Source: a virus
Direction: 5' to 3' (one strand)
DNA length: 64,000 bases
IMG/VR virus record: IMGVR_UViG_3300042397_000787
A program made the position numbers and the translations under genes. Below, piece by piece: positions 35,834 to 43,922 of this stretch (the stretch's first letter is position 1; the number at the start of each line of letters is the position of its first letter). Below the pieces are notes generated by a model. That model saw nothing but the letters and a program-made list of their open reading frames with translations. It was not told the origin of the DNA and searched no databases.

Positions 35834-35918
35834 TGGTGGGCCAGTGAGGTATCGATCCTCCCCCGAAGACGGACGAGATTTACAGTCTCGCTGCTAGAGC
35901 CACTAGCTTTACCGACCC
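35834..35918 (-). tRNA. tRNA-Tyr(GTA), possible 8/4 fold
   Basis: GGGTCGGT/ACTGGCCC-A-CCA; GAGG-ATCGATA-CCTC; 5-bp D stem. Confidence 0.8.
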
Positions 35919-35923
35919 AAAAA

Positions 35924-35999
35924 TGGTGCTCCCGAACGGATTCGAACCGCTGACACGTGGTTCTTCAAACCACTGCTCTACCAACTGAGCTACAGGAGC
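35924..35999 (-). tRNA. tRNA-Phe(GAA)
   Basis: Canonical. Confidence 0.95.
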
Positions 36000-36006
36000 G
36001 TAATAG

Positions 36007-36089
36007 TGGTACGCCTAGAGGGACTCGAACCCCCACGCTTTCGCACTGGTACCTAAAACCAGCGTGTCTACCAATTCCACCATAGGCGC
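36007..36089 (-). tRNA. tRNA-Leu(TAG)
   Basis: Canonical long V arm. Confidence 0.95.
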
Positions 36090-36098
36090 AAAAAGAGC

Positions 36099-36211
36099 GA
36101 CCACCTGCAGTGTGCCTTGATCGAATTACGTCCGGGCGCTTCGATCTTCCCAGATAAAGAATACTGTTGCAACAGTATCTCTACCCCTTCGCGGGTTCAG
36201 CAGAGGTGGTC
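36099..36211 (-). ncRNA. Unassigned multibranch structured RNA A
   Basis: GACCACCT/AGGTGGTC closing stem and three internal hairpins, between two tRNAs. Confidence 0.6.
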
Positions 36212-36216
36212 TAACT

Positions 36217-36292
36217 TGGTGGAGAATAACGGGTTCGAACCGTTGACATCCAGCTTGCAAAGCTGGCGCTCTACCAACTGAGCTAATTCCCC
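36217..36292 (-). tRNA. tRNA-Ala(TGC)
   Basis: G3:U70, canonical. Confidence 0.95.
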
Positions 36293-36300
36293 AAAACTTA

Positions 36301-36534
36301 TTATTTTTTATAAGAGTTAATATATTTTTGGTATTCTTTGTTTGGATGATTTACCAATCGTTTATGGTACAGATCAATTATAGTTTTTGCGGCCGTACCA
36401 GGCAACAGATTAGGAAAAAATCCATGTATGAAACTTGCTAATGCTGCCCAAAGTAATCTCAGTCCAGCCGAATTTGCAAAAACAAAATGGCTTAAATAAG
36501 TTTCTTTGCTTTTTTCTAAGTGTTCTCTAAACAT
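36301..36534 (-). CDS. DUF6356-like protein
   Basis: FREHL...ETYLSHF..A..IHG..P. Confidence 0.65.
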   Translation of the reverse strand: MFREHLEKSKETYLSHFVFANSAGLRLLWAALASFIHGFFPNLLPGTAAKTIIDLYHKRLVNHPNKEYQKYINSYKK

Positions 36535-37982
36535 CTAAAAAATTCCCTCATTAATTCTTTATCTAACTTGACTCCAAAATAGTAATCTTTGAAATCCAGA
36601 ATTGCAAACTTATCTATACGAACTAGATTGGTTCCGTGATGAAAGAGAATTGCAGCATCTATTTCCATAACTAATTCGTTTATATCTTTATCATAAGACG
36701 AGTTGATTGCTAGATAGATTTGGTTTTCGATAATATCTATAACAACAGAAACGTTGTTATCATATTTAGCAGAAATATTTTCAAGGAATGGCAAGTCTAC
36801 TGTAGTATCATTGATACGAATGACATCGGTGCGCCCGGTATGTTTATACTCATGCCAGTGGGCTTTTACCTTCACGAACTTATCATTCGTAGCTACCGTC
36901 TTATCATAAACGGGCATGTGAACTAAGAGACCGCCTTCTTCATCGAAAGAAACGCCATAGAAAGCATCTGGTTTAAAAAACTCGGTGTTATCAAAAGTAT
37001 CGGCATTAACCGCGGTTAATCTGGACAACAGAAGTGGTCCAGCAGTTTCATTGCAACCAAAAACACTTTCTATGCTTTCAACATAACCTTCTTTCACATA
37101 TTTCGTATAATCATATGGAATGTAAGACAGAAGATCCAAACGCATATTTGGATATTTTACGCCGTGATTTTCCAACGAAGTAAAAAACTTATCGGAAAGA
37201 TCCCTATATGATAAAGTGGCATGATTGATATCTTGGTCCTTCAAAGTCAGGACTAAGTTATCAAGAATTTCCGCGCGGTGTGACATAAGATAGTGGTTCT
37301 TTACCGCATCGCTATGCAACGAAGGTAAGAAAAACACACTCAAACTACTACCGTGATTAAGGTTTCTGCTATGCAGAACGTTACCCGAAAATCTCGACGA
37401 ATTTCTCTTACACAATTCATAGAAAAATCTATGTGTATGTGTAAGTAGCTTCGGAGTATTTGTGGTACCGCTGCTGGTGCATATCATTAAAGTATCGTCT
37501 GGGTGCGGCCGAATTACAGAGATTTCATCAAATCTTTTTTGATTGTCAACTGTAATAAGACGCAAATCCTCAATGCTAAATGATTTATTGCAATAGTCTA
37601 TGAACCACGCGGATTTAGAATATGAATAACCGGCAGCATCATGAATATAGATGTTGATAGGCGACAGTAACTTAACTTTAGGATTTACCTTATCACTAGC
37701 CAGATATGCTGGCAGTTGATCCGCAATAGTAACTACCAAGGACAACTCGAAACTGGCAAAACAAAGGGCAAGATAGTCACTATCTACCACTAGTAGTCCG
37801 ATAAGAATCCTATCGCCTTTTTTGGCGCCGCATGTTTCAGTTAAAACATACTTCCAATGGTCAATCTTCTTGACCAATTCATCTTTATTAATCGAATCTG
37901 GTGTGGGGTATTCTGTTGCAAGAGGACTAATGTCTACGCTTTGATAATTGTCCGAGATAAAATCTCTCGTTAAAGTCTGCAT
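36516..37982 (-). CDS. AMP-binding (ANL) enzyme, paralog 3
   Basis: TSSGTTNTPK, VFGCNETAG, HTGRTD; start MQTLTRD after GGAGA. Confidence 0.8.
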   Translation of the reverse strand: MQTLTRDFISDNYQSVDISPLATEYPTPDSINKDELVKKIDHWKYVLTETCGAKKGDRILIGLLVVDSDYLALCFASFELSLVVTIADQLPAYLASDKVNPKVKLLSPINIYIHDAAGYSYSKSAWFIDYCNKSFSIEDLRLITVDNQKRFDEISVIRPHPDDTLMICTSSGTTNTPKLLTHTHRFFYELCKRNSSRFSGNVLHSRNLNHGSSLSVFFLPSLHSDAVKNHYLMSHRAEILDNLVLTLKDQDINHATLSYRDLSDKFFTSLENHGVKYPNMRLDLLSYIPYDYTKYVKEGYVESIESVFGCNETAGPLLLSRLTAVNADTFDNTEFFKPDAFYGVSFDEEGGLLVHMPVYDKTVATNDKFVKVKAHWHEYKHTGRTDVIRINDTTVDLPFLENISAKYDNNVSVVIDIIENQIYLAINSSYDKDINELVMEIDAAILFHHGTNLVRIDKFAILDFKDYYFGVKLDKELMREFFRCLENT

Positions 37983-38010
37983 AACATCTCCATTGTTTAA
38001 AACATAAAGC

Positions 38011-38159
38011 GAAGTGGGTGGATTCGGATATACCACCAAGCAACTAGCCAAATACCTATGTATCTATTTCGTCGCCACGACTCGTTAGCTGGTTAAGCAG
38101 GAGACCAATCCCCGAGTCTACCTTATCCCCTCTGGCAGGAGAGTATTCAGTCACACTTC
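38011..38159 (-). ncRNA. Unassigned structured RNA B
   Basis: GAAGTG/CACTTC closing stem, GACTCG/CGAGTC and GGTGG/CCACC stems. Confidence 0.55.
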
Positions 38160-38185
38160 TTACAGCCTCCGTCGAGGCTGATATC

Positions 38186-38260
38186 TGGTTGCAGGAGTCG
38201 GACTTGAACCGACGACCTTCTGGTTATGAGCCAGACGAGCTACCACTGCTCCACCCTGCG
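38186..38260 (-). tRNA. tRNA-fMet(CAT)
   Basis: C1.A72 mismatch; anticodon stem TCTGG/CCAGA. Confidence 0.9.
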
Positions 38261-38266
38261 TCAAAC

Positions 38267-38341
38267 TGGCTCCCTAAGATGGATTCGAACCACCGACCAA
38301 TTGATTAACAGTCAACTGCGCTACCGCTGCGCCATTAGGGA
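38267..38341 (-). tRNA. tRNA-Asn(GTT)
   Basis: Canonical. Confidence 0.95.
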
Positions 38342-38348
38342 ATAAAAA

Positions 38349-38424
<76 letters not shown>

Positions 38425-38428
38425 AAAA

Positions 38429-38517
38429 ACTTATTAGAAGAATGCACTGGACCAGCGCATGCCATTTGCAACTAACATCATCGGAATCGAACCGAGCAAT
38501 GCACTCATCTAATAAGT
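38429..38517 (-). ncRNA. Circularly permuted tRNA-mimic (Y-RNA-like architecture)
   Basis: ~20-bp terminal stem enclosing T arm TCGG-TTCGATT-CCGA then D-like arm TGCA-AATGGCA-TGCG. Confidence 0.55.
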
Positions 38518-38563
38518 CATGTGGGAGAGCCGAAGCCCTCCCGACACAAACTTTATCTAACAA

Positions 38564-38575
38564 TGTCAAAGAACC
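38564..38575 (-). promoter_or_regulatory. boxA-like antitermination signal in tRNA operon leader
   Basis: GGTTCTTTGACA resembles rrn boxA TGCTCTTTAACA. Confidence 0.6.
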
Positions 38576-38582
38576 GAAACTC

Positions 38583-38620
38583 TATTTATACACTTTACTA
38601 CACTTTTTAGTGTAAGTCAA
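38583..38620 (-). promoter_or_regulatory. Tandem sigma70-like and late promoters driving tRNA array
   Basis: TTGACT-N17-TAAAGT, then TATAAATA (38583-38590). Confidence 0.7.
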
Positions 38621-38640
38621 GTTCTTTTTAAAATTTATTT

Positions 38641-39147
38641 TCAAAAATCTTCTGGTCGATATGGGTCGTAAAATCTTCCCCACATCCAACCAGATGGTAG
38701 TATGAAAGTCAGTGGGTCTACCAAATGCGTTTTACCACTAGGGTCGACACACCACTTTCGTCTTCTATGTCTCGCCTTCATCGCTATGAGATTGCGAGTT
38801 TCCCATGATTGGCGTCTACCATACATAGGATTGTTTTCGTTGCGCCTTGTTCCTCGCATCTTGCGACGAATTTTGGCCTTTGTTTCTTCTTTCAAGCCAC
38901 CCCAGTTGGGGTTGTTGCTACCGCTTAACGCTAGAGCAATCTTTCGTTTATGCTCTGTTGTTAGATTTGGTATCTTCTTTCTAGCAACTTTATCCTTGAA
39001 TGTCAACCCTTTTTTTAAACTGTCTGCTTTTTCTCTGATATATTCGATATTAGAGTTTTGTAGCAACAGTTCTCTGGGTTTTGGTACCTGTTCCGGGTCC
39101 TTGACTAACCAGATTTCGCTTTTGTGTTTAAAGAGGAAGTATCTCAC
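38641..39147 (-). CDS. NUMOD3 DNA-binding (homing-endonuclease-derived) protein
   Basis: TEHKRKI..GSNNPNWG, EETKAKI..NNPMYGR repeats. Confidence 0.7.
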   Translation of the reverse strand: MRYFLFKHKSEIWLVKDPEQVPKPRELLLQNSNIEYIREKADSLKKGLTFKDKVARKKIPNLTTEHKRKIALALSGSNNPNWGGLKEETKAKIRRKMRGTRRNENNPMYGRRQSWETRNLIAMKARHRRRKWCVDPSGKTHLVDPLTFILPSGWMWGRFYDPYRPEDF

Positions 39148-39535
39148 TTATAACACCTTTATCCAGTAATGTCAAGTCATGTTCGCGGTCAATATATTTA
39201 AATTCAACATTTACCGGCATAAAATCACTTAGAGCCAGAAATACATCATCAACATTCAGCTTTGAGCAAGTATAGACATCCAGTTGCATCAAAGCAGGAT
39301 TCACTTCATCCCATACATGCATGGCGATGTGGCTTGTTTCGATAATAGTTACCGCTGTCAAACCTTGATTGCCCACCATATCAGAATACACGGCATACGG
39401 ACCCATAAGAATCTTCATATCAATCTTATCAACCAAAAGTTTCATCCAGTCTTGAATGGCTTCTGCGCACTTAGGCGGATTTTTAAGTTCGGCACGGATG
39501 ATTAGGTGCTTATGTTCCAGTATTTGACCCATCAA
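39128..39535 (-). CDS. speD: S-adenosylmethionine decarboxylase proenzyme
   Basis: GLTAVTIIETSHIAMHVW, DVYTC. Confidence 0.8.
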   Translation of the reverse strand: MMGQILEHKHLIIRAELKNPPKCAEAIQDWMKLLVDKIDMKILMGPYAVYSDMVGNQGLTAVTIIETSHIAMHVWDEVNPALMQLDVYTCSKLNVDDVFLALSDFMPVNVEFKYIDREHDLTLLDKGVISEILPL

Positions 39536-39564
39536 AGTATTTCCCTAGATAGTGGAGAGAACTT

Positions 39565-40362
39565 CTATTTATTAGGTCTCCACCAGATACTTTTGATGAA
39601 GTCATTACCGAAATTTTCTACCGCATATTCATAATTTTGCTTACAGTGAGGAATATTATCGTATATGATTTGTTTCTCTTCGTCTGTAAACTCGTTTATA
39701 TCTAATAATTTGTTTGCTATTTTGGAAAAATTAAAATCAGTATAAGGAATTTGCAAATACTCACATAATTCCATCATACTATTTTCTGTAAACAGCGTCT
39801 CATAAAATCCAATAAAAATATTTTCAAAGACTTGACGATAATTGTCTATCGTTTTTTCCCAGTTTAACAATCGGTATTCAAATGGAACAGGAATGTTCAA
39901 TACATCATCTAACGTAACAGGAACATCGCTTGAAGTATTTTGTCGATATCTTCTAAATGTATCAGACATATTTTCGTTGGAGTCCAGAGACAACTTAGCG
40001 ATTACATCTAATTTTGTTTCTGAAATTTTCTGACTTATTGGATCTCGAAGAATAATTACGGGGCGAACATTGAATCCATACAAGGTTGCCTTCAGTGCAA
40101 ACTCTTTAAGTTGTTCTATTGTTGCAAAACCATTGGAAGGCGACATTTCACCCAGAAGTTTAACTTCGGGATTTTCTGCCAGTTTTTGATAATGATCAAA
40201 GAAATTGGATTTATCAAAATCAGGATTCAGAGTGAACCCATCCATAAAAAGAAAATATTCTTTTATGCTAGATAGGTCACAGTCCCCACGGCCGTTTAAC
40301 TCCCCATACAACCACGTGCTTCCCGCTCTTGCGCAACCCGCGTATAAAAGCAAATTTATCAC
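39565..40362 (-). CDS. Sulfotransferase family protein (AT-rich)
   Basis: GCARAGSTWL, IKE..F, ILRDP. Confidence 0.75.
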   Translation of the reverse strand: MINLLLYAGCARAGSTWLYGELNGRGDCDLSSIKEYFLFMDGFTLNPDFDKSNFFDHYQKLAENPEVKLLGEMSPSNGFATIEQLKEFALKATLYGFNVRPVIILRDPISQKISETKLDVIAKLSLDSNENMSDTFRRYRQNTSSDVPVTLDDVLNIPVPFEYRLLNWEKTIDNYRQVFENIFIGFYETLFTENSMMELCEYLQIPYTDFNFSKIANKLLDINEFTDEEKQIIYDNIPHCKQNYEYAVENFGNDFIKSIWWRPNK

Positions 40363-40365
40363 GAA

Positions 40366-40875
40366 TTATTCCGAGAGCGGTTCTGACTTTTTTGATACCT
40401 TCTTCTTCTTAACCTCGGGCTTTTTCCAACCAGTCAGAAAACTATCTAGCACATCGGCAAGAGCAGGATAAATATCAAGAATTGTTTTATCTTTTGCCGC
40501 ATCCAAAAGAACTTGTTCGTCAGGATGAACACCTTGACAAATCTGCATCCAGATTTCTTCGCGGCGCCACTGAGCGACATTTGCTGCGCTGCCGTTAGGA
40601 AGAAGCGTTAGGATCCGTCTAAATTCCATGGTGATAGTGGTGTCAGACATACCAGATGGTAGTCCTTCATTCTTAATGGGTGTCTTACCATCAGGTAGAT
40701 TGTATGGCCCCTGTTCATATCCTACGCCCCAAGCTAGAAAACGCATAAAAATAGAGTTGCCAAGAGAGACTGCCCGAACTCGTTCGCGCAATTCGTCTAC
40801 GTCCTTTACCTCTGTTACCCAATCCAGGGCTTCATTGATATACTTAAACTTCTTCGGCTGTAATCTTGTTGCCAT
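40366..40875 (-). CDS. Conserved T4-like protein (DUF6433-like)
   Basis: LPDG.TP...RREEIW.Q..GVHPDE..KDK. Confidence 0.7.
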   Translation of the reverse strand: MATRLQPKKFKYINEALDWVTEVKDVDELRERVRAVSLGNSIFMRFLAWGVGYEQGPYNLPDGKTPIKNEGLPSGMSDTTITMEFRRILTLLPNGSAANVAQWRREEIWMQICQGVHPDEQVLLDAAKDKTILDIYPALADVLDSFLTGWKKPEVKKKKVSKKSEPLSE

Positions 40876-41284
40876 TGCTAATTCTCTTTCTCAATTCAGT
40901 AGTGCTAAAGCTGTGCCTGCGACTATTGTAATAAACTTCCATATCTAGTTCGTCACCAGTAAACCGCTTACCGTAATAATCTTGGCCGATGATGCGAACA
41001 TCCCAGTCATAACATTGTAGTATATTTAGCAAGTCTTCTTCCGTCGTATATGGAATGATATCGTCCACATACCTACAGGCTTGCACCTGAATATACCGTT
41101 CTACCAGAGATTGAACGGGCTTGTTCTTCTCTGGGCGGTCAATCGTTGGGTCAGTCTGTAACGCCACAACTAATCGGTCACACTGTTCTTTAGCTTCCTG
41201 TAGCATAAGAACGTGACCCGCGTGAAACAGGTCAAAGCAACTGGCTGTGATGCCTACTCGCTCATCGGAACTATTAAAATTCAT
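40844..41284 (-). CDS. TagD-like cytidylyltransferase
   Basis: SCFDLFHAGH, R.HSFSTT. Confidence 0.85.
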   Translation of the reverse strand: MNFNSSDERVGITASCFDLFHAGHVLMLQEAKEQCDRLVVALQTDPTIDRPEKNKPVQSLVERYIQVQACRYVDDIIPYTTEEDLLNILQCYDWDVRIIGQDYYGKRFTGDELDMEVYYNSRRHSFSTTELRKRISNGNKITAEEV

Positions 41285-42155
41285 CGATCAAATCAATCAT
41301 CTGCTTCATACGATTTGCAATAAAGTAGTTTAGAAGACCACTGCGGTCGCCACCTTTCTGCTTCTCGTAACTATCTATAACATCATTTTTGATGTCTTCA
41401 GGAATACGCGACAGGTCGACCAGTTCGCGGTTGCGCTGAAAGTTGCGCCACATCTCATCGCTAGTGATGAAGTCTTCTGGCTTCTGGTGCTTCCACTGAG
41501 CAACCTTATCTTTCTTCATGGGACGCTGGCGTGAACCAGTGACAAAAGTATCATCGTCTGATAGGATGTTAGGAACACCGTCACCCTTATCGCCCATGAT
41601 AATGTGTTCCATAAGAACAGCGGCAGGCGTCTCTGTTATCTTAACAAACTTCTTTTGAACCGGAGCATACTGCTTGACGTTGGACCATTTCTGTAACTGA
41701 TTGAAGTCATGGTCACCAGAAAGAACGAGAAACGGCTCTGCACTGGGCAGAAGGCCATCGACATTCGAAGTCTGACTATATTCAGCCAAAACACCTATTA
41801 CATCATCTGCTTCTGCGCCGTCAACATCGATGACAGGATACGGAAAGTGTTCTGACAATTCAGCACGAACCTGGTGCAATGCTTCGAAGATGGAATTCCA
41901 ATCAAAGCCACTATCGGCGCGGTTCTTCTTACGATTAGCCTTGTAGTTAGGGAAGAACTGACGGCGCCAGTAGTGGCGATTATCACATGCAATAACAATC
42001 TCGCCAAACTCTGGTCCGAACTTACGCTTATAAGAACGGATTGAATTGATAATCATGTGGCGTATCAGAGGTAGATTGACCTCTACATCACGGCGACCAC
42101 CAAGTTCTGCCATCATATTGCTAATTGCAACTTGATTAAAATCTACTACAATCAT
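41274..42155 (-). CDS. rnh: T4-type RNase H (5'-3' exonuclease)
   Basis: YWRR..YKANR, EADDVI, SGDHDF, GDKGDGVPN. Confidence 0.95.
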   Translation of the reverse strand: MIVVDFNQVAISNMMAELGGRRDVEVNLPLIRHMIINSIRSYKRKFGPEFGEIVIACDNRHYWRRQFFPNYKANRKKNRADSGFDWNSIFEALHQVRAELSEHFPYPVIDVDGAEADDVIGVLAEYSQTSNVDGLLPSAEPFLVLSGDHDFNQLQKWSNVKQYAPVQKKFVKITETPAAVLMEHIIMGDKGDGVPNILSDDDTFVTGSRQRPMKKDKVAQWKHQKPEDFITSDEMWRNFQRNRELVDLSRIPEDIKNDVIDSYEKQKGGDRSGLLNYFIANRMKQMIDLIDEF

Positions 42156-42487
42156 TCGCTTTCACCCTTGCTTTTAGTTAAGACTTCGCGAATGTCATCC
42201 AGAAGATTTATTTCTGGACAGTGGACGCCAGCTTGACGCATATACATGCCTTGAATCATAACAGCAATAACGGCACAATCGCCGTTAAAGTTGTCATTCA
42301 ACTTACCCAACTTCTTGTCTACGGCCCTCAAAATGCCATTCAGACAAGCATGGGCAAAAGCCTCAGCGTCCTGATATGCAGAATATTCGGTAGCACCTTC
42401 AAGAAAGTAATTGTAGGATTCCAAATCTTCTTTCGTGGGCGGCGCCGAACGAGGTCGAAGATATGTAATGTTATCATTATCTGACAT
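42152..42487 (-). CDS. Hypothetical protein
   Basis: Coupled to rnh. Confidence 0.6.
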   Translation of the reverse strand: MSDNDNITYLRPRSAPPTKEDLESYNYFLEGATEYSAYQDAEAFAHACLNGILRAVDKKLGKLNDNFNGDCAVIAVMIQGMYMRQAGVHCPEINLLDDIREVLTKSKGESE

Positions 42488-43605
42488 TAAAAGACTTTCA
42501 AAATTAAAGTTGTTGCCGTGAGTCGAGGGCGCACATTCGCATTCTTACTTTTAACAGAAGAATACCATTTTGTCAAGTCTTTTTTAGCGGTCGCAGAAAA
42601 TGCAGGAATCTGTTCTTCTGGCTTTCGAAGCAATTTGCAACTGGACATGGCCTCATCATAACCCACGAGAGATGCACCCTTTACAGTGATGCCACCACCG
42701 ACTGGACTATAATACTTGGAAATCTTGCGGGTCTTTGTATCGAACGCCCAGACTTCACTACAGTTAAGAAGGTTGATGGGGTCAACGCTCTTGCCGAACT
42801 TAGGGTCTTCTACCAAGAACTTGACTGCCCGTACCAGTTTAGTTTTATCTTTGGGCTTCTTACTGCGAACCTTGGCAACTTGCTTACTAACATAAGCCTT
42901 CTTGAGGTCATTGACATAACCTTCGATAAGCTGGACAATCTTCTTGATGAGTGTGATACCAGGGAACGGGAAAGAATCCATGAACTCAATCTGTTCTTCG
43001 GTCAAAGTCTTTCTATCTGTCCGACGAAGTTCCAGAACTTCTGAATATTCTGCCAGAAGAGGCTGGAGCTTATCAGCACAAGCCGCATACTGCTTATCAT
43101 TCATCTTATATGGCATTAGAATTTGAGCCATGTTCTTATTGTCTTCGCCAGTGATAAGATTTTCGATTTCATCATTTACAAGAGACAAGATGTAGGTAGA
43201 AGCCAGTTTAACGGGCTTGACTACCTTGATCACAGGAGAGGCAACAGGCTCATCATCGTCATCTGACTTGATGCGCTTGTTTGCCACTTCCTGAATCTTT
43301 TCCCAGATGCGGTTCTGGTGAACCTCGCTTACTGGGAAACCACGCATGGCAATTCGAGCCGTGTTGGCATAGGTTCTAGGTAGAAACTTATCTGGTACCT
43401 GACTGACAGCCTTTAGCTTCTCTTTATCGGCTTTGAACCAATCAGTAAGAAAAGCGCGGCAGTCTTTGGCATCTACAATATAGTTATACCAGTTAAGAGC
43501 ATTGCTAAATTCGCTTTGATAGTTTACAGGTTCGTAACTATCGGCCCAGATAGGCTCGACACCGACGAACTTCGACTCAGCAACAGGTACCTTAAGTTTA
43601 TACAT
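42487..43605 (-). CDS. Conserved T4-like hypothetical protein
   Basis: ALNWYNY..., SVDP..LRKPEE; promoter TTGACA-N17-TATAAT upstream. Confidence 0.7.
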   Translation of the reverse strand: MYKLKVPVAESKFVGVEPIWADSYEPVNYQSEFSNALNWYNYIVDAKDCRAFLTDWFKADKEKLKAVSQVPDKFLPRTYANTARIAMRGFPVSEVHQNRIWEKIQEVANKRIKSDDDDEPVASPVIKVVKPVKLASTYILSLVNDEIENLITGEDNKNMAQILMPYKMNDKQYAACADKLQPLLAEYSEVLELRRTDRKTLTEEQIEFMDSFPFPGITLIKKIVQLIEGYVNDLKKAYVSKQVAKVRSKKPKDKTKLVRAVKFLVEDPKFGKSVDPINLLNCSEVWAFDTKTRKISKYYSPVGGGITVKGASLVGYDEAMSSCKLLRKPEEQIPAFSATAKKDLTKWYSSVKSKNANVRPRLTATTLILKVF

Positions 43606-43654
43606 AATCACTCCTTGTCAATATATCTCATTATACGATATATCAAGGTATTTG

Positions 43655-43921
43655 TCAACCCTCAAATTTTACTGAAATTACAGTATCATAGCGAAAAGAA
43701 CGCCATGCATTCTTATCGAGGTCCCATACGGCCAGCGAATCAGTAGGACCCTTTTTCTGAATTGATTCTTCGAGATCGGTTTGCTTTGGTAATACCGATT
43801 CTTGTAGGGTGCAACGCATTACCCGCTCATCACCATTCTGCTTCGTAAAAGTAACTGTGCCTACCTTAGCACGAAGATTGTTTGTAAGGTCTTCGCGCAT
43901 TGCTTCAACGTCGGTCATCAT
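43655..43921 (-). CDS. SH3/WYL-like beta-barrel protein
   Basis: VTFTKQNGDERVMRCT..WDLDKNAWRSFR. Confidence 0.75.
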   Translation of the reverse strand: MMTDVEAMREDLTNNLRAKVGTVTFTKQNGDERVMRCTLQESVLPKQTDLEESIQKKGPTDSLAVWDLDKNAWRSFRYDTVISVKFEG

Positions 43922-43922
43922 T

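Noticed and set aside
36099-36211. Hammerhead ribozyme
   Set aside because: CTGCTGA resembles CUGANGA but the required GAAA and UH core geometry is absent
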